Source of the DNA: an uncultured Gemmatimonadales bacterium
GTDB taxonomy: Bacteria > Gemmatimonadota > Gemmatimonadetes > Longimicrobiales > RSA9
NCBI GenBank assembly: GCA_963798085.1
Contig: CAWCRS010000002.1
Location: 381,979 to 445,978, forward strand
Reading direction: 5' to 3'
Length of the DNA: 64,000 nt
How positions within the stretch are numbered: the stretch's first letter is position 1; every line of letters starts with the position of its first letter. Both the position numbers and the translations under genes were made by a program. The notes under the pieces were generated by a model. That model ran no database searches. It was not told where the DNA came from and saw only the letters and a program-made list of their open reading frames with translations. Of this stretch, positions 1 to 11,034 are shown piece after piece.

Positions 1-537
1 GGTAGGGTTCGCCGACAACAGCCAATAGCGCTCGCTCTTCCACGGCGATCCGGTACATGTAGACTGCGGCCAATGGAAGGGTCAGCAGTGCCGCAGACAC
101 CCAGCTGCCCAACGCCATTCCGATCCCGGCATTCAAGATGATTCCCGCCGTGTACGAGGGGTGGCGCAATCGGGTATACGCGCCACGGCCCACAATCTCT
201 TGTTCTGGCCGGGCTTGCACATCCCCCGTGAATGACGAACCGAGCCTGCGCCAACAATGCCTCCGGAAAGGCTCCCCGCTATGAGCAGACCACCCCCGGC
301 ATAGAGCGCGACCACTCTGAGGCCGGTTGGGAATTGCAGGGCCGATACCCACGCGAGGGGAAACAATGCAGGGAAGGCAGGCGACTGGCCGAGCAGCATA
401 ACCTGAAGCGACTTCGCATCGGTAACGCCGTGGGCCCGGCGTGCCCGCTTTATGATGGCACGTTCAGGCCAATAAGCCCACAGGAATACGGCCCAGAACG
501 GCAACGCGTACGGCCAAACGAATGGGAGTGGCTTCAT
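1..537 (-). pseudogene. Isoprenylcysteine carboxylmethyltransferase (ICMT) family membrane protein, frameshifted and cut by the window edge
   Basis: Hydrophobic N-terminus in ORF 133..567. A shifted frame continues with LRHPSYTAG...RIAVEERAL, which are ICMT motifs. Confidence 0.7.
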
Positions 538-732
538 GCCTTCCTTCATGGACCCAGCTGCGGTCATGTGCAGCTACCACCCTCGGCCGGTCAAACTTGT
601 ACATCAGCCTCAAGCCCGTCAACGGCCGCGCGGGTTCATCTCTTGTTGGAGCGCCACGCGCGGGCGCTTGCAGCGTTGCATGACGCCTCGGGGTGCGATC
701 CACGAATCGCGCCCATCCGCCAACCGATCCGT

Positions 733-1316
733 GTCGGAGGAGAACGGAGGTCGCCCACCGCCCCCTCCACAGATCCGGACGTGCAGGATCACCGCATCCG
801 GCGCCTGCCTCAAGTGGTAACGCCGAAGCGCACGAGCGGATACCAGGACGGATTGGGTGCCATGTCAGCCGGTTCCTCGGCCTTGTTCGGCGGCTTCTGC
901 GGTGCTACCAGGCTGTCCGACAACTCGTGCTCGTTCATCACCGGTGTGTGTCCTTGGACTTCCCGGTGCGGTCTGTAAGAAGCTCACTGGCAGACAAGCA
1001 CGAGGTCCCGCGGTTCCCACGTGAGGTGCGTCCATGCATGCACGGGGTCTCTGACCGCGCCGGGTCCCTTCGCGTCTCGCCCAATCGACGCGTCAGGTGT
1101 GGCCTTCCGCTTTGCCCGAGAGCGTCGGCACCCGAATCGCCCGCCATAGGACGGGGAAGCCATTTTCACGGCTCAATACCTGGCCTGCCCTTCCCCTGTC
1201 AACGCTTCGCCGCCACCTCACGAGTGACAACGCATGACGCGGGGCCAATGTGGGTGGCTGCCTTTCAGCGTATGATTCTTTCATTCACAACACTCGACCG
1301 GTTTTGACCGGCGCAC
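733..1316 (-). mobile_element. Group II intron, ORF-less (internally deleted), ~585 nt
   Basis: The minus strand starts GTGCGCCGG and carries domain I motifs (GCGAAGCGTTGACAGGGG, TTGAGCCGTGAAA). Domain V (GCGCCGGATGCGGTGATCCTGCACGTCCGGATCTG) is at ~771-806, domain VI ends CCGAC, and only the IEP C-terminal remnant YPLVRFGVTT* remains. Confidence 0.85.
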
Positions 1317-1331
1317 CGTGCACCGGCTTTC

Positions 1332-1477
1332 AGATAACGTCTCGGTTGTTCACGACGTGCCGGAGCCGACCGCCGACGCGACGACGCAGGCATGCCCGCG
1401 CCCTTCCCATGCTGCCCGCCTCGGGCAACTGCGCGGCGAGCGGCCGACGGGCCGCGCGGGGCAATTTTGTGTTAGAT
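1332..1477 (-). repeat. attC-like site 1 (degenerate)
   Basis: agataac...gttagat on + strand; repeat-family body. Confidence 0.8.
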
Positions 1478-2051
1478 CGCGTGCTGCGCCCCCGTTGCGT
1501 CGCCGCTGCACCCTTGTCAATCGACGTGACTGCCTCGCTTCTGCCGTGCATGTCAGTCAGGCGGTGAGTCGACCGCGTTGCGGGCAATGGGCCAGCGGCG
1601 CGATGTCGCGACGACTGCGAGTTGCGCCGACAGCTTCGGCCAACCGGTGTCTTGACCGGCCGGAATGCCTACACGGTAAGGGCCGTTCCCTGACAGTCAC
1701 GGCGACCCCGCGGGTGATCTTGGAAACGGCTCCATGAACCTCGAGGAGGGCGTGAGGACCACTACCGAGCGTGGATCGGACGTCGGCCGGCCCGTTGGTG
1801 GAACGGATACAGCGGCATGCCCGCGAAGACGCTCCTGCTTGCCTGTGGCATTCTCCTGCCCGGCGTTCTGCCGCTCGAGCGACGTCCTCGCGTCTGAACG
1901 ATATGCCGGCCAGTGCTACATCAGGCAATGAGCCAGTTCGTCGCACTCGAGCGCCAACCCGAGCCCCGCGTCGCGTTGGCGGGCAGTGGCGGGCGTGCGG
2001 CGTATGAACCTGGATTGATGGCACTCTCATAACGCAGGAGGTGCCGACGAC

Positions 2052-2810
2052 ATGGATCGGGGGCCAGGGAGCGCATGGCCGTCTGCGTCAGTGAGGACCT
2101 CTGGACGATCGTCCTGGGTCGCAGGAGGATTCGACTTGTCACTCCGCAGGATTCTGCTCGGCTGCGGCGTGGTTTCATCGCTTCTCTACGCCGTCGCGAT
2201 CAATGTTCTGGCGCCGCTGGTACACCCGGAATACCACAGCTACACGTATCGAATGGTCAGCGAACTATTCGCCGTCCACGCCCCGACGCGTCCGCTCCTC
2301 GGTCCTCCAATGATCGTCTACAACCTGCTTGTTCTTTCCTTCGCGATCGGCGTGTGGATGTCGGCTCGGGGAAAGCGAGTTACACGATACACAGCCGTGG
2401 CACTGGCTGCATATTTCGTCGTGAGCACAACCGCATGGTTCTTCGCTTCAATGGATGTGCGAGGCACTCCAGGTTTGACGGCGCGCAATGTCGTACATGT
2501 TGCGGCCACAGCTGTGCAGGGAATCGCCATGCTATCGGCACTCGTGCTGGGCGGCTTCGTACACGGGCTGCGGTTCCGTCTCTATACATTCGCGACTCTT
2601 GCGACGTGCGTCGTGTTTGGTGCGTTTGCAGGCCTGCTGGCCGCCGGAAACCCATCTCCGTGGCTTGGAACCGCAGAGCGGGTATCCATCTATGCGTGGC
2701 TGCTATGGGTGGGCGCATTGGCCATCGCATTCCTGCGCGCTCCAGAGGCGAAGCGCACCTCGGCGCCGGCGGCGAGTCTGCAAGGCCCGAAGGCGGAGCG
2801 TGTCAGCTAA
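2052..2810 (+). CDS. DUF998-like membrane protein (inverted cassette gene)
   Basis: Multi-TM protein with Y...VSELFA..APTR motif. Confidence 0.7.
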   Translation: MDRGPGSAWPSASVRTSGRSSWVAGGFDLSLRRILLGCGVVSSLLYAVAINVLAPLVHPEYHSYTYRMVSELFAVHAPTRPLLGPPMIVYNLLVLSFAIGVWMSARGKRVTRYTAVALAAYFVVSTTAWFFASMDVRGTPGLTARNVVHVAATAVQGIAMLSALVLGGFVHGLRFRLYTFATLATCVVFGAFAGLLAAGNPSPWLGTAERVSIYAWLLWVGALAIAFLRAPEAKRTSAPAASLQGPKAERVS

Positions 2811-2945
2811 TGTCTCGGTTGTTCACGACGGGGCGGAGCGGACCGGGGCGGCCCAGGCTTGCCTGGGCCTTCACGGCGCGCGACATCATGCATCGACTGC
2901 CGGCACGGCGGCCGACAGACCGCCGTGCTGAGTGACGTGTTAAAT
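2805..2945 (-). repeat. attC-like site 2 (degenerate)
   Basis: agctaat...gttaaat. Confidence 0.7.
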
Positions 2946-2962
2946 GCAATGGAGTGCGGCGC

Positions 2963-4282
2963 TGGTATGGACCGGGCTGATGGGTTACAGTCAGGTCCAG
3001 GCTGATGGGTTACAGTCGGGCACTCACAGGGGAGGTGCCCAATGCCTTGGACTCAGGCCTCGGCCACGGACATGCGCACACGCTTCATTGCCGACTTCCA
3101 GTGTCACCGCTTCCGCTTTGCCGAGCTCTGCGAGCGCTACGGCATCAGCCGCAAGACCGGCTACAAAGGGGGGCAGGGCTCTAGCGGAAGAAGGCCCGCC
3201 GGGGCTCTGCGACCGCTCCCATCGCGTGCATACCTGCCCACACCAGATTCCCGACGCCATCGCGGCCGCCCTGCTCGCGCTGCGTCGACGACACCCACCT
3301 GGCGGGCCGGCAAGAACTTGACGGTGCTGCAGACACGCCGACCCGATTGGCTGCTGCCGGCACGCTGCACCACCCACGATCTCCTTCGCCGCCACGGCCT
3401 CGTACGGAAGCAGCGCCGGCGCTGCCCGCATGCACACCCGGGCACCACCCCGATCGTTGCGGACTCCCCCAATGTGCTCGGGACCGCTGACTTCAAGGCC
3501 AGTTCAAACCGCAGGACGGACTCCACTGCTTCCCCCTCACCGTCGCCGATCGCTTCAGCCGCTTTCTCATCGGCTGTCACGCTCTCACTACCACTCGCGA
3601 GTTTCGCGCTCGCCCCGTCTTCGAGCGCCTCTTCCGTGCGTACGGGCTGCCCAGCGCATCCGCACCGACAACGGACCGCCCTTCGCCACCTACTCGCTCG
3701 ACCCTCTCTCCACCCTATCTGCCGGGTGGATTCGCCTCGGCATTCGACCGGAGCTTATCGAGCCCGGCAAACCTCAGCATATTGGCGCCCACGAACGCAT
3801 GCATCGCACGCTCAAGGCGGAAACCACCCGACCGTCGGCCCACAGCCTGCGCGCTCAGCAGGGGCGCTTCACACCTTTCGCCACTGCTACAACCAGGAAC
3901 GCCCACACCACGCGCTTCACCAGCGCACGCCTGCCTCACTCTATCGGCCTTCGTCCCACCGCTTCCCCAACAAACTGCCACGCCTCATCCGCCTCATTTC
4001 GAAGTCCGGCTCATCTCTTCCAACCGGGGCATGCGCTGGCGCAACCGCATGCTGCACGTCAGCACGGCTCTCATCGACCACTACGTCGGCCTCGAAGAAA
4101 TCGACGACGGCCTCTGGTCTCTTTACTTCGCTCACGTCGAACTCGGTCGCCTCGACAACCGCACCTTCAAGATCACGGACTTGCATGGAAGACAAGATCG
4201 CAGTACATCCGGAAAACTATGATGACAAACTGTAACTCATCAACCCAGACTTTTCTGTAACCCATCAGCCCGGACGGTCACA
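2963..4282 (+). mobile_element. IS481-family insertion sequence with frameshifted transposase (3042-4222)
   Basis: MPW... N-terminus and ADFK, IRTDNGPPF, HERMHRTLK and YNQERPH motifs spread over several frames. Terminal IRs contain doubled ctgatgggttacag repeats. Confidence 0.85.
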
Positions 4283-4492
4283 GATCTACCCACCAATGCA
4301 TGACCCGAGGACATACTTGAGTCGCGCACTCGCGTTCCACTCCACGTTGTGGCGCTGCCAAGCTCGTGCTCGCCGTCGGCGAGCCCCTCGCGCGACCGTA
4401 CCATGAACATCAGCTGGCAACCGGTCCACGTTAGATCAACTGCGCGTCCCGCGTTCTATGGAAGCCCTACTCCTCTGAAGGAGGCATTGGGA

Positions 4493-4984
4493 ATGGCCCA
4501 TGGCACCAGGGCACCAAGCTCCGCAGGTAAGAGGCCGCGATCCCTTGCGTATGCAACCCTCGTGGTTGCCGGACTGGACGCGCTCGATGCCGTCATCTTC
4601 TTCGGCCTGCGGGGCATCAGCCCCACACGCATCTTTCAGAGCATCGCATCCGGCCTGCTCGGCCGATCGGCGTTTCAACATGGCCTGCCCGCAGTCGCTC
4701 TCGGTATCATGTGCCACCTGCTCGTCGCGTTCGGTATCGCGGGAACCTACTGCCTCGTGAGCCGGCGCGTCGCTCGCCTGCGTCGCCAACCGTGGCTTTG
4801 GGGCCCGCTTTACGGGCTCGCGGCTTGGACGGTCATGAACTTTCTCGTCATTCCATTGTCACTGGCCAGCCGAGGCCGCTTCACATGGCCGGTCGTCCTC
4901 AACGGACTGCTGATTCACGGGCTTGCTGTGGGCCCGGCGAGTGCGTGGTTCGCTCGTGACCGAAGAACGACTCCAACAACATGA
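4493..4984 (+). CDS. Hypothetical 4-TM membrane protein
   Basis: Hydrophobic ORF with GGAGG RBS and IFQSIASGLLG motif. Confidence 0.7.
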   Translation: MAHGTRAPSSAGKRPRSLAYATLVVAGLDALDAVIFFGLRGISPTRIFQSIASGLLGRSAFQHGLPAVALGIMCHLLVAFGIAGTYCLVSRRVARLRRQPWLWGPLYGLAAWTVMNFLVIPLSLASRGRFTWPVVLNGLLIHGLAVGPASAWFARDRRTTPTT

Positions 4985-5065
4985 CCCCAACAAAACCAGG
5001 GTGGCCCTGCGTGCGCCGCATGCCTGCGTACGGAATCCGGCCAACGTGCGACAAGGATCAGTTGC

Positions 5066-5197
5066 AGCGAACATCTCAGAGGTTCATGACTGGCCGGAGC
5101 CGCTTGCGGCGCAGGCCTGTCCGCGCCCGTCACGAGCGACCCGCCTCGGCCATTGCGGCGGCCGGCAGGCCGCCGAGCGTGAAATTGCGCGTTAATG
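5066..5197 (-). repeat. attC-like site 3 (degenerate)
   Basis: agcgaac...gttaatg. Confidence 0.75.
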
Positions 5198-5297
5198 CTG
5201 CAGAGCGCGCGCAGCGCCTGCGGCACCCTGACGCGCGGGTCTGCCACACCGCGTGGCCATTTGCCTGCAACGTCGAAACCCTTCGGGCAATTCTGCA

Positions 5298-5870
5298 TTA
5301 CTGCCCTTGTCGGCGCTGCGCGTCGGCCAATAGGCCTGCAATATCGGCGTGACCCAGGGACTCCGCCAATTCACGCGCCGTTTCGCAATCGTCGATGCGG
5401 GTTCGTAGACCCGGGTCGGCGCCATACTCCAGAAGGAGCGCTACAGCATCCGAATGCCCTTCGCCAACCGCATAATGCAAGGCGGTGTAATCGTTGATGC
5501 CACGTTGATTGGGATCCGCCCCAAAGGACAGGAGCAGCCGCAGGACCTCAAGCACATCGGGCCGGCCTGGCGCACCCGGTTGGGGGCGAGAGCAGCTCAG
5601 TGTCGCAATGAGGGGCGGGAATCCATCGTCGACCTCGAGCCTGGGGTCAGCCCCCATCTCGAGAAGCGTCCGGATAAACACTACCGGGCTGTGGTAAATC
5701 GCGTACACCAAGCAAGGGCCAACGGCGAGCGGCATTGGCCCGTTGGGTATCGCGCTCGGCTGATCCACCGCGGCCTCGAGCGCGGCCAAATCACCGGCAC
5801 GGAACGCCGCGTCGATCCTCCGGAACTGCTCATGCTCGGCGCAACGCTCCTGTTCTGACTTCATGGCCAC
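5298..5870 (-). CDS. Ankyrin repeat protein
   Basis: LLxxGADP repeats and TALHYAV motif. Confidence 0.85.
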   Translation of the reverse strand: MAMKSEQERCAEHEQFRRIDAAFRAGDLAALEAAVDQPSAIPNGPMPLAVGPCLVYAIYHSPVVFIRTLLEMGADPRLEVDDGFPPLIATLSCSRPQPGAPGRPDVLEVLRLLLSFGADPNQRGINDYTALHYAVGEGHSDAVALLLEYGADPGLRTRIDDCETARELAESLGHADIAGLLADAQRRQGQ

Positions 5871-6079
5871 TCATTCATGATTCTGAAACTGTTCGCGCTG
5901 CCATGTACTGCAAACCAGTCTACCTGCAGCGCCCGCTCAGGTCACAATCTCGAAGGCGATTCCATGTCTGTCGGCTCGCCGCAAGGGGCCAGACCGCACA
6001 CGAATTCAGCCTGACATGGCTCATGCCCTCACAAATCTGCGTCAGCGACCACACCAACGCGATGCGTGCGCTCTGTTGC

Positions 6080-6194
6080 ACCTAATGTAGATGAGTTCAT
6101 GACGTGCTGGAGCTTACGGCAAGGGCGGCGCAGGCACGTCTGGCGCCGCCGGCAGGGCCGCGCCAGCGGCCGCAGCCTGAACTGTATGTTAGCT
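6080..6194 (-). repeat. attC-like site 4 (short variant)
   Basis: acctaat...gttagct. Confidence 0.7.
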
Positions 6195-6361
6195 GATGCG
6201 AATTGCGCCCTGGATGGCCACGCCATGGTGCCTTGGCAGAGCCGATGGTCTTGCGCCGTGGCGGTGCTGCACGTCTGACAAGTTCTACGACCTGCGCATC
6301 AGCTGCAAAGGCTCGGCGGCTGGCGCACGAAGAGCGCTCCCCCATCAGCTACACGTCCTGC

Positions 6362-6826
6362 TTAGACCCCGGAAGAGAGCGTTGCCGGATCTCGCCCTTC
6401 TGCACCGGACTCGAGTGCCTTCATGGCCTTGCGATTGCGGCGCTTCATCCATGCCATCGTGCCACCAACGAAGAGGCTGTACTGCCCCGCGGCTGCGGCC
6501 GGAAAGAACCAATAGACCCCGCCTCCATTGAGCGCTGCCCCGATGGCCGTTCCGATCACGACAGCGCTGCCCACGCAGACGGTTGCGCCGAGCGCGAACC
6601 CCATACGCCGCGCGATCTGCTCGACGCAGGGAGCGCACATGAGCTGCCCCTGGATGAGGGAGGGCCCAGTCGATGCTCCTCTCGCATAAAGAGGGCCGCT
6701 ACAATGCCCGCACAACTCGACCGCATTGCGCCGCCTGGATCTACCGGCAGATACGGCGACGGAGAGTGCGCCGGCCACGGGCACCGCTCCGAGTCCAGCC
6801 ACGATGATGTCGATGATGGGAACCAT
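6362..6826 (-). CDS. Membrane protein with two CxxC motifs (paralog of 39218-39706)
   Basis: TM, CGHC...CAPC, then 2 TM. Confidence 0.65.
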   Translation of the reverse strand: MVPIIDIIVAGLGAVPVAGALSVAVSAGRSRRRNAVELCGHCSGPLYARGASTGPSLIQGQLMCAPCVEQIARRMGFALGATVCVGSAVVIGTAIGAALNGGGVYWFFPAAAAGQYSLFVGGTMAWMKRRNRKAMKALESGAEGRDPATLSSGV

Positions 6827-7223
6827 GAGTTGGCCTCCCCACGGTACGATGGACGACGGTTGCCGGCCGCGGGAGTAAAGCCAGCCACTCACCGAAGTAT
6901 CGGAGCCAACCCAGGCGGAGTGGAGGCCCCGCTTACTCGGCTGAAGCAACCTACGCGTTACCTGCGGCCCCGGGGTGGATCAGCTCTACTCGGCATGCCA
7001 ACACGCGTGGACCGTGCGTAGTCACGGGCTGTCTGGCAGCGAAACTGCGACTGCGAAATTCTGGCGACGACATGCACACATGGCGCGGTTCCCGTTGTAC
7101 CAAACTGCGGTGGTCGGATCCTGCGCCCATGATCCATCGACCGCCACTGAATCGACGAACCATCTCTGCATTACCGTCCTACCCAGTTCGCCTTCGTCTT
7201 CTGTTCCACGCGCCGCACATAGT

Positions 7224-7368
7224 ATCTAACGTGATGGGTGTTCACGACGTGCCGGAGTCGACCGCCAGGGCGGCGTAGGCATCTCCGCGCCCTTCATCGA
7301 GCTGCCCGCCTCGGCCCCTGCGCGGCTGGCGGCCGAGAGGCCGCCGTGCGGGAAATGGCGTGTTAGAA
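7224..7368 (-). repeat. attC-like site 5
   Basis: atctaac...gttagaa. Confidence 0.8.
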
Positions 7369-7617
7369 TGATGCAAACTGGGCCCGTGGTAGCGGTGCAC
7401 ACCATGCATCGGTGTGCGAGAAGCCTGCCGAGGGAAGATGTCAAGTTTAGGCCGTGTGATAACGACTTGTGCTTCTGCTGTGAGGCCTTGCCGAAACGGC
7501 CGTGAAGCCAAGAACGCAAAGGTATCTCGCGGCCGCTGAGGCGCTCTGGACATGGGCAGCAGCAAGTGCCGGTCATGCTGCGAGCCGGCGCTGCTGAGCC
7601 GCGCCTTACTCCGCGCG

Positions 7618-8358
7618 TCACGGACTGATCGGCACGTCCTCGAAGGGCTCCGAGACGCCGGGGATAATAAATGTCACTCGGGAGGACGAAACCGGCGGCG
7701 CATTGAACTTCGCCCAGGTGTTCAGAATCTGGTGGGCGCCGACCTGGAGTTTGGCGGCAGCGTATCGCTGGGCCACCGCCTGGTTGCTCGCGTCCCGCAA
7801 GACCTCAAACTTGGTCCGGGTCGCTCCATCGAGGAAGTTGACCTCCTCCGCCAGGCTGTAGGTGCAGCCCATACCCACGCACCCGGCCTGCTCAAACGCT
7901 AGCGGCTCTTCGCTGCCGTTGATGTATTGCCACCGGGCCGTCACGGTGTTACCGGCGGTGCGTTTTACTTCCAACAGCACTACCAGCACCCCGTTCGCGT
8001 CGTGCGAGTGAACGCCCAAGGCCTGGCCGGGACCTCCCAGATCGGAGGTCATGTTGCAACATGGATCCATGGGATTGCGGACTCGGCCGAGGTTGGCGGC
8101 GAATGCCATGCCCTTGTGCAGCTTCGCGAGCGGCACATCGAAGGCATCCCCCAGCTGGATGTTGGTGAACGTCGCCGGGCTGGTCACCGCAAAGGCGAAG
8201 TACTTGGCACTGGCCCGATCGATGGCGGTGATGGTTCGTGTCGTCTCGTCCCTGGCCACGACGTTGCAGCAAGGCTCTGCGATTGACCGGCTTCCCCCAA
8301 TCCAGCCGATGGCTCCCAAGCTCAGGCAGGTGAGGCGGTACCTTCGAATGGTCTTCAT
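7618..8358 (-). CDS. Secreted hypothetical protein with two PCCN motifs
   Basis: Signal-peptide-like N-terminus, GGAGG RBS, single ORF filling the cassette. Confidence 0.7.
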   Translation of the reverse strand: MKTIRRYRLTCLSLGAIGWIGGSRSIAEPCCNVVARDETTRTITAIDRASAKYFAFAVTSPATFTNIQLGDAFDVPLAKLHKGMAFAANLGRVRNPMDPCCNMTSDLGGPGQALGVHSHDANGVLVVLLEVKRTAGNTVTARWQYINGSEEPLAFEQAGCVGMGCTYSLAEEVNFLDGATRTKFEVLRDASNQAVAQRYAAAKLQVGAHQILNTWAKFNAPPVSSSRVTFIIPGVSEPFEDVPISP

Positions 8359-8672
8359 GCTGGAACCCTCCTCCAATGGAAACAATGGACACGCGAAGAT
8401 CGACGCTCCGCCTTACGTCGGATATCCAGAAAGGGCCCTGAACGTCGCTGCATAACACGGATAGCCGGGTCCGCTTGAGACTCCTCTCGAGAAATCAGCG
8501 TCCGTTCTAACGTCCGAGACTCACCAATTGCGTCAACGTTCAATTGACATCGCTGCATAATGTTGCACCGACGCCTCGGCATAGCAAGGGTCCATACGCG
8601 GTCCCGTGTAAGGGCTCACAACCGAAGGGGTCGACCAAGCTATTTCCGTATTCGTTGGGCCCAGTTTGCGCC

Positions 8673-8807
8673 AGCTAACGTGAACAGGTTCATGACGCGC
8701 CGGAGCCGCTTGCGGCGCAGGCGTGGATGCGCCTGCTGAAGCGTAACCGCGTGAATAGCCTGCGCGGGGGGCCGCGTCAGCGGCCCTGCATGAACCAAAT
8801 GTTAGCC
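8673..8807 (-). repeat. attC-like site 6
   Basis: agctaac...gttagcc; same subtype as site 27. Confidence 0.85.
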
Positions 8808-8894
8808 GCAGTGAAATCCTATGCCTGCCTTGCGCAGCCGTTTGGCCAGCCGACACATGGTCTGGCGATCGCCCGCACGACGGCCATCGCCGGC

Positions 8895-9221
8895 TCAGGG
8901 AGCAAACATCTCCGCCAACGTCACCAACACCTGGTCTTGAGTCTGCTTGTCAATCCGGCCCAGTCGCTTGACCAGTCGGGCCTTATCCACCGTGCGGATC
9001 TGATCCAAGACGACTTGACCGTCCTTCTTCTCAAAACGGCAGCTCACCCGCGTCGGGTAAGAGCGGCCCTTCGTGGTCATGGGTGCGATGTTCACTGTCC
9101 CGATGTAGCGGTTCATTTCTTCCGGGCTGATAATCAGCGCGGGCCGCGTCTTCTTGATCTCTCGCCCCACGGTTGGGTCAAGATTCACCAGGTAGACATC
9201 GAACCGTTTCACCAACGCCAC
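8895..9221 (-). CDS. mazF: PemK/MazF family toxin
   Basis: VYLVNLDPTVGREIKKTRPALIIS and DQIRTVDKARL motifs. Confidence 0.92.
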   Translation of the reverse strand: MALVKRFDVYLVNLDPTVGREIKKTRPALIISPEEMNRYIGTVNIAPMTTKGRSYPTRVSCRFEKKDGQVVLDQIRTVDKARLVKRLGRIDKQTQDQVLVTLAEMFAP

Positions 9222-9466
9222 TCCGACTCGCCCCAGCGCGGCCCCGAAAGCGTAGCCTGCGGATCCAGCAAGGCGTCATCGCCCTTCTCGGCCATCACTT
9301 GAAAGGCAATTGCCCACCCTTCGCGAGGTTTGCCGCTGCGTCGGATCACAATAGCGCCCTTCTCCACTTCGAGCTCCACCTCGTCCGTCAGACCGGATTG
9401 CTCCAGCAAGGGCTTCGGGATGCGAATCCCTTGCGAGTTGCCGATGCGGACAATGCGGGTTTTCAT
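9209..9466 (-). CDS. mazE: AbrB/MazE family antitoxin
   Basis: IVRIGNSQGIRIPK motif; overlaps the toxin start. Confidence 0.9.
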   Translation of the reverse strand: MKTRIVRIGNSQGIRIPKPLLEQSGLTDEVELEVEKGAIVIRRSGKPREGWAIAFQVMAEKGDDALLDPQATLSGPRWGESEWRW

Positions 9467-9599
9467 TGCGACCTCCTGGCTGCTTGGGTGGCCACAATGT
9501 AATCACGACGCCTCACCCAAGCAATCCCTGAGGCGCAACCCTTGGCCTGGGCTGCTCCTATGTCACGACCGTTTTGGGAACAGCACGGGATTTCATTGC

Positions 9600-9718
9600 A
9601 GCTGACGTATGAGGATTGCTGACGTGCCAGAGCCCACCGCAGGGCGGCGCAGGCAAGTCGCGCCCGTCCCGAGCTGTCCGCCGCGGCCACTGCGCGGGCG
9701 TGAAACGACGTGTTAGGT
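9600..9718 (-). repeat. attC-like site 7 (degenerate)
   Basis: agctgac...gttaggt. Confidence 0.7.
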
Positions 9719-9823
9719 GACGTGCCCTGCCGTTGCATGGGATCCGGCTATTGCATGAGATAACTAATCGCTACCGATATTCCGGGGCTGTCGCGATACC
9801 GGGATCGAGGCCGGATGTGCTCG

Positions 9824-10260
9824 CTACTCCTCGATGAGGTGTCGCACACCCCGATGAAGGCTGGGAATGTGATTCTGGACGACATCCCACACGATGGCGT
9901 AATCAACCCCCAGGTAGTCATGGATCAGCCTGTCCCGCATGCCGCAATCCGACGCCAATCAATCTGCGGATGACCTTCCCGAAATGCATCCGGGAGCTTC
10001 TTCACGGCCTCGCCAATGATCTCAATGCTGCGTACGAAAGCCCGCTGTAGCGTCCCGTTTGCCATGAACTCGTCTGCAGTCACACGGGCACTTTCGCGAA
10101 TCAGGGAGTCCGCCTCCTGAAGGATGTGACGGAGGTAGTCACGCGGCTCGAAGGACATCCTCTGCGTCGCCAGAATGCGAGGACCGATGTAGGGCGACAG
10201 GGCCTCGATGGTGATAAGCTCAACCCGGCGCCCGAGCCGGGCTTCAAGGAGCTCCGCCAG
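9824..10260 (-). pseudogene. HepT (DUF86) toxin, frameshifted, plus C-terminal remnant of an MNT antitoxin
   Basis: RSIEIIGEAVK, then MRDRLIHDY in a shifted frame. The upstream LAELLEARLGRRVEL remnant is cut at the attC remnant. Confidence 0.8.
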
Positions 10261-10261
10261 A

Positions 10262-10278
10262 GAAATGACGTGTTAGAC
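10262..10278 (-). repeat. attC-like site 8, remnant (only the R'' end remains)
   Basis: gaaatgacgtgttagac matches the ends of full sites; the rest is deleted. Confidence 0.7.
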
Positions 10279-10329
10279 GAAGTCCGCCGCCGTTGCTTGG
10301 AACTGGCTAATGGCCTCGGACGGGCCGGG

Positions 10330-10705
10330 CTAACTGTTGGATGCCGACCCTGGAAACCGCGGCCGAATGCGAAGACCGGTCTTCATTAGCACAGAAAACG
10401 CGCCAGGGAATTCGTGCCCACGTTGGCGCACTGCGTCTGAGAGGAGTTGCTTGCGCTCCTTCATCGGCACACCCGCCAAGCGAATCAGGAGTACACCGTG
10501 CGTTGCCAGCCGCTGGCGGAATACCAATTGCCCGAAGCCCTTGTCGCGCGTGATGAGAATGGCCGCGTCTCGATTGGCCATCGCCAAGACCTCTTCGTCC
10601 ATGCAGTCCGCCTTGATCTCGGTCATGTACGCAACCTCATGGCCTTCATCGCGTAGGCGTTGGACCAGGGGGCCGTCGACGTCCCGCATCGCACAGGAAC
10701 TTCAA
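10330..10705 (-). CDS. DUF5615 PIN-like toxin (possible frameshift near the start)
   Basis: LRDEGHEV...ILITRDKGFG motifs; the natural start MKFLCD lies in an adjacent frame. Confidence 0.75.
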
Positions 10706-10935
10706 GCCGCTTCATCGGGAGTCGGGTACACGAGCTCGCCGCTCAGGACTTCCGCTGCATAGGTCAAGGCGCCCTGGATCGCTTCACGGGGAAGCTGAGG
10801 GTAGGCTTCCAGCACCTCGTCAACCGTCTCGCCCGCGCCCAGACGCTCCAGGATATTCTCAACCGTGATCCGCGTTCCCCGGATCACTGGCTTGCCCAGC
10901 ATTACCTTGGGGTTTACCTCAACAAAGGCATTCAT
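10702..10935 (-). CDS. DUF433 antitoxin
   Basis: PKVMLGKPVIRGTRITV...YPQL motif. Confidence 0.9.
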   Translation of the reverse strand: MNAFVEVNPKVMLGKPVIRGTRITVENILERLGAGETVDEVLEAYPQLPREAIQGALTYAAEVLSGELVYPTPDEAA

Positions 10936-11034
10936 CCCAGACCTCCATGCGATTGACCGAACGACGTAAGATGACCGCCAAATGTGGGCAAATCAAGCCT
11001 CTACGTGCCGGAAGGACGGCGGCGGATTTCGGCT

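Noticed and set aside
232..1307. + strand ORFs 232..978 and 693..1307
   Set aside because: They are antisense shadows of the ICMT pseudogene and the group II intron RNA.
4283..4445. Possible extra attC ending at GTTAGAT (4430)
   Set aside because: It has a weak arm match to 5057-5072 but no recognisable repeat body upstream, so it cannot be supported.
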